IMG/VR virus record: IMGVR_UViG_3300027772_002567
Coordinates: 1-29,868 of that record
Reading direction: 5' to 3' (one strand)
DNA from: a virus
Lineage: Duplodnaviria > Caudoviricetes
DNA: 29,868 nt
Shown here: positions 26,555 to 29,868 of the stretch, piece by piece
Position numbering within the stretch: position 1 is the first letter of the stretch
Layout of the letters: each line of letters opens with the position of its first letter
Translations under genes and position numbers: made by a program
Notes under the pieces: model-generated
Databases searched by the model: none
What the model saw: the letters and a program-made list of their open reading frames with translations, nothing else
What the model was told of the DNA's origin: nothing

Positions 26555-26863
26555 ATTCCCTTTTTCTGATTCCTTCGCACGTCGATAAAAATCCTGCGAA
26601 AAGCTGCAAAAAACCCGTACCCGGGAAAAAGCAAATCAAAAACAAACCATTTCCGAGCTTTACAGCCCCGCTCTCTGCTTCTCTTGGTCTGGCCCGGCTG
26701 CTGCAGCTCGATTATCCAAACAAACAACAAACGGGACTGCAATTTGTCTTCGACTCAATATTTAATGACGGTGGCGGATGTGCCGGGAAGCTCTTCAGAT
26801 AAATCTATTTGCGCACGCGTTGCTCGATGCTCTCGGCCTGTGACAAAAGACACGAAGAAATAT

Positions 26864-26892
26864 TTGCCTTATTGGTTGCAAGCCGCTACTAT
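26864..26892 (+). promoter_or_regulatory. Sigma70-like promoter
   Basis: TTGCCT-17-TACTAT. Confidence 0.65.
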
Positions 26893-26927
26893 GTACCTAA
26901 CGAAGTACACCTACTAAAGGAGAGCTC

Positions 26928-27209
26928 ATGGGCCGTAAGTATATTGAAGACCTTATTGAAGAGGGATGGGCGCTCGACATGGATTCGCTGATTGCCATCC
27001 ATCTGTCAAACAACCATTACCCAAGCGTTCCAGCAACGATGGTCGCACCGTGCAAAGAGGCGATTCGCTTTGCTGAGCTGGAGACACTCTACGAGCTCGT
27101 GCAGCTTCCTGCCGGGGTTCTGTGGCGTGGTTACCCATCCGTCAAGGCCAGCGTTCTCATGGATACATTTCATCTCTGGTCGTTCCTCGACCATGTTGAG
27201 GAGGCGTAA
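26928..27209 (+). CDS. Hypothetical phage protein
   Basis: AAAGGAG RBS; HLSNNHYPSVP. Confidence 0.8.
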   Translation: MGRKYIEDLIEEGWALDMDSLIAIHLSNNHYPSVPATMVAPCKEAIRFAELETLYELVQLPAGVLWRGYPSVKASVLMDTFHLWSFLDHVEEA

Positions 27210-27211
27210 TC

Positions 27212-27502
27212 ATGTGGGACGATGTTGAAAACGCAACCATTGGCGCTTTGCTCGTCTCTTGGGATTCATGCCACAAGATTTATCTTGCCATGGACCCAGA
27301 ACAAGCTGCATGGTACGAGATGCACTACAACGGCGAAAACGGCGAGCGTTGCTTCCGTGGAACGCCTCCGGAGATGTTTGAAAAGCTTCAGGAGTGGTGG
27401 GACGAGTCATGCGGACTGCGATTCATCTCGGCCGTGTGGACCAATAACGAAAATCCTAACGATGGTTTCATTAGTTTGATTCCACAAGGTGCGGAGGTTT
27501 AA
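27212..27502 (+). CDS. Hypothetical phage protein
   Basis: GGAGG RBS; WDSCHKIY...WWDESCGLRFI. Confidence 0.8.
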   Translation: MWDDVENATIGALLVSWDSCHKIYLAMDPEQAAWYEMHYNGENGERCFRGTPPEMFEKLQEWWDESCGLRFISAVWTNNENPNDGFISLIPQGAEV

Positions 27503-27504
27503 TC

Positions 27505-27651
27505 ATGTACGAAGTAATCTGTCACGGCAAGAATCTTGGGACATTTGAAACCAAGGGTGAGGCTCTTAAATATATTGACCGGGTCCAACCATATTCGACC
27601 TTTTGGGCAATGAAGTACGAGGGCTACAGCATTGAGGAGGTAAGCAAATGA
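27505..27651 (+). CDS. 48-aa hypothetical protein (not in ORF track)
   Basis: GGAGG RBS, ATGA overlap with next gene. Confidence 0.7.
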   Translation: MYEVICHGKNLGTFETKGEALKYIDRVQPYSTFWAMKYEGYSIEEVSK

Positions 27652-27887
27652 GGACCATCTACTTCGTGACTAACCGAGAGACCCGGCAGCAGTCTCAGGA
27701 CCGCTACATTGCTTACGACTTGAAGAAACCACTTCCGCACGAGTGGGACGAATGGAGTCTTGACGATAAAGGAATTTGGCTGAACGAGAATGCCGACTTC
27801 ATTGATGACTCTTTCTCTGATATTGAGCTGGGGGACATGGAAGAAGAAACGATTTCTGTTGGCCGTGACCAGGTATTGGCGGACTGA
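27648..27887 (+). CDS. Acidic hypothetical protein
   Basis: GAGGAGG RBS. Confidence 0.75.
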   Translation: MRTIYFVTNRETRQQSQDRYIAYDLKKPLPHEWDEWSLDDKGIWLNENADFIDDSFSDIELGDMEEETISVGRDQVLAD

Positions 27888-28002
27888 TGACGGACCTTCG
27901 TATTCACAGGGCAATATTTACCGCTACCAGCCTTTCAACAGTTCTGATGGTCTGGATGGCATTTGCCGCACCCGTAATTACTTCAAAAGAAATTGTTTGG
28001 AG

Positions 28003-28031
28003 TTGCATTATTGCCGGGGCACATGTAGTAT
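28003..28031 (+). promoter_or_regulatory. Sigma70-like promoter
   Basis: TTGCAT-17-TAGTAT. Confidence 0.65.
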
Positions 28032-28059
28032 CTGGTTATCACTTATTAAAGGAGCTCAA

Positions 28060-28284
28060 ATGAAATCAAAAAAGTTTTTCGCTGCCGTATGTAGCGACTA
28101 TCCATTAGACGGAAAAAAAACCGGGTACTGCGACGAGTGGGTTGAGACTTACTCAACGCTTGATGAAGCAACCAAGGTTTGCCAAACGTGGGCAAAAATG
28201 TACCCAGGCAAAAATGTACGAATCTTCGTTGCTGAGGGATTAAACCTTAACGGCGAGTACGGCGAAATGATTGTGGCGTTATGA
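28060..28284 (+). CDS. Hypothetical protein (74 aa)
   Basis: AAAGGAG RBS before ATG 28060. Confidence 0.72.
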   Translation: MKSKKFFAAVCSDYPLDGKKTGYCDEWVETYSTLDEATKVCQTWAKMYPGKNVRIFVAEGLNLNGEYGEMIVAL

Positions 28285-28631
28285 AATCAGTAAAATCAGT
28301 TGAAGAGTCAAGGGAAGAAGCCACCGAGCTTTGCGTGTTCACCGAAAACGATAGTCGCTGCTATCACAATTACCTGGTGCCGGCTTTCAAAAATCAGCAA
28401 AGGCACTATGACAGGAATCGCAAAAACGGAACAGCGGACAACTTTGAGTTGACCGTATTACTCTTTACTCACACGATGAAGCTTTGCGCGCAAGAGTATT
28501 GCCGTCAGCATTGTTCAAAAGAGGATAAGTGGCACGAAGTTTTTGATGTGCTCTCGCGCATCCAAGCTGCTCGTCACTTCGCAGAATATTTCGTAACAGA
28601 ATACAAAGCCGGGAACAGGTGGGAAAAATAA
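28281..28631 (+). CDS. Hypothetical phage protein
   Basis: ATGA overlap; ELCVFTEND. Confidence 0.75.
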   Translation: MKSVKSVEESREEATELCVFTENDSRCYHNYLVPAFKNQQRHYDRNRKNGTADNFELTVLLFTHTMKLCAQEYCRQHCSKEDKWHEVFDVLSRIQAARHFAEYFVTEYKAGNRWEK

Positions 28632-28840
28632 TGGCCGACTACAAAATTAACATTAGTTTTTCTACCGACCGCAAGATGACCGACGATGAAATTGCGAGTC
28701 TTGAAACCGCAATTTATACAGCGGTCAACGAGCCGGAAGGTGTTAATTACGAATACATAGACGAACGTTCAAAGCGTGCGGACTACAACACCACAAAAGT
28801 TGATTTGGAAGTTGTAGAAACAGAAAAGGTTTCTGGCTAA
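28631..28840 (+). CDS. Hypothetical protein
   Basis: TAATG overlap. Confidence 0.7.
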   Translation: MADYKINISFSTDRKMTDDEIASLETAIYTAVNEPEGVNYEYIDERSKRADYNTTKVDLEVVETEKVSG

Positions 28841-28869
28841 ATCTGGCCAGGATGAAACAAGGAGAGAAA

Positions 28870-29082
28870 ATGCAAGTCACCACCAAGAAAGTTGCATCAC
28901 GCATCAAACAGAATCGCATCGAAGCTGAGCTCACTCAGCAAGAGCTTGCCGATTTTGCTGGCGTGGACCGCAAGACAATCAACCGCATTGAAAACGGACA
29001 CTTCTCGCCCAACATCGAGACGCTGCTTCGCATTTCAACAGCTCTTGGCGTAAAGCCAGAGAGCATGTTCGCTAGCGCTTAA
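28870..29082 (+). CDS. XRE/Cro-C1 HTH regulator
   Basis: LTQQELADFAGVDRKTINRIENG..SPNIETL. Confidence 0.92.
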   Translation: MQVTTKKVASRIKQNRIEAELTQQELADFAGVDRKTINRIENGHFSPNIETLLRISTALGVKPESMFASA

Positions 29083-29110
29083 TGGAAGCGGTTGTCGTGT
29101 TACTTATCCT

Positions 29111-29144
29111 GTGGGTGCTCTTCATATGAGGGGCACCCACTTTT
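29111..29144 (+). terminator. Intrinsic terminator
   Basis: GTGGGTGCTCTTCA/TGAGGGGCACCCAC + TTTT. Confidence 0.75.
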
Positions 29145-29183
29145 GGGTTGTATTGTGCCTTACAAGTCGTTAGGATTTAAATC

Positions 29184-29411
29184 ATGAACGTATCAATTAT
29201 TAAAACCAACAAAGAACCGCAAGATTTTCTGAAAGCATTTGATGAATACATTCTTGCCGGGTACAAGCTCCTTGATGCGTGGATTACGCTCGATGAAGAG
29301 CAGCTCAAAGAAATAAACAGCAGGATTTTCCCATTCAACATGTCTTTTGACGAGTACTTGGCTGAAATGGCAACCATTAAACTCTCCCTGGAAAACGAAA
29401 GCGGCTTTTGA
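29184..29411 (+). CDS. Hypothetical protein, probably leaderless
   Basis: TTGTAT(29148)-17-TAGGAT, ATG 7 nt later. Confidence 0.7.
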   Translation: MNVSIIKTNKEPQDFLKAFDEYILAGYKLLDAWITLDEEQLKEINSRIFPFNMSFDEYLAEMATIKLSLENESGF

Positions 29412-29629
29412 TGGAAAAGAACATTGTCCGGACATATTCACGAACCGAACAGACAGAATTGATTTCTGCAATCGGCAAGGAAGGCGTCGTCTTCATCGAT
29501 GAGCTTTCCATCGGAATCAAAATCACGAAAGAGCGATTTCGCTACGGTCATTACGACGTTCTCGTTTCGCCGCTCATCGGCAATGGTGAGAAGTGGGTCG
29601 AATTCCACAAAGTAAAGGTGAAAAGCTAA
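29411..29629 (+). CDS. Hypothetical protein
   Basis: TGATG overlap. Confidence 0.7.
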   Translation: MEKNIVRTYSRTEQTELISAIGKEGVVFIDELSIGIKITKERFRYGHYDVLVSPLIGNGEKWVEFHKVKVKS

Positions 29630-29868
29630 AAAATATCTCTTTAAGTACTTTCTGGTCTTTTTGAGGTACTTTTCAGTAAAAAAAATGCTTTTTAAATACT
29701 TTTGTATGTTTTGGCCGTACTTTGTAGCCCCGCTTGCGCGTTCTGCTCTACTATTGATGTGTTCTGACGGTACTGGATGAGGGGTTTGAAATGAGCTTTT
29801 TGGATGCTTGGCGGCTGTTTGGTGTTTTTGTTATCGTCGCACTGCTTCTGGTCTCTTTTTAAAGTAAC

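Larger units (their letters stand above)
23246..26780 (+). repeat. Dispersed composite motif CGGGACYGC ... GACGGYGGCGGATG (4 copies)
   Basis: 23246/23290, 25798/25837, 26044/26077, 26732/26767; all intergenic, same strand. Confidence 0.85.

Noticed and set aside
27790-28059. Long N-terminal extensions in the ORF track (27790, 23320, 10458, 4824)
   Set aside because: They overlap promoters or upstream genes; better starts lie downstream
1-29868. Integrase, transposase, reverse transcriptase or virion structural genes
   Set aside because: No recognisable motifs in any translated ORF

Overview
Segment of a large tailed dsDNA phage, probably infecting Actinobacteria. The host call rests on two WhiB genes, an actinobacterial-type SSB and several apparently leaderless genes. 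1-1.5 kb: simple repeats and three look-alike promoter-gene-terminator cassettes. 1.5-17.7 kb: replication and DNA-modification genes (TOPRIM primase-helicase, DUF932, SNF2/HARP helicase, thioredoxin, clavaminate-synthase-like dioxygenase, DUF1599, C5 methyltransferase with a probable CTG start and a nested alternative-frame ORF, SSB) plus an atypical D-arm-less tRNA-Ile(UAU)-like gene. 17.68-22.89 kb is the main unexplained feature: a 5.2 kb non-coding array cut by 27 co-oriented CGGGACT motifs into 26 units of 119-308 bp. Many units fold on the + strand, fall into paralogous families with compensatory base changes, and carry C-GNA-G triloop hairpins typical of folded single-stranded DNA. 23-29.9 kb: small early-type genes behind sigma70-like promoters, with a dispersed composite motif related to the array delimiter. 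All calls are by eye; no searches or folding programs were run.
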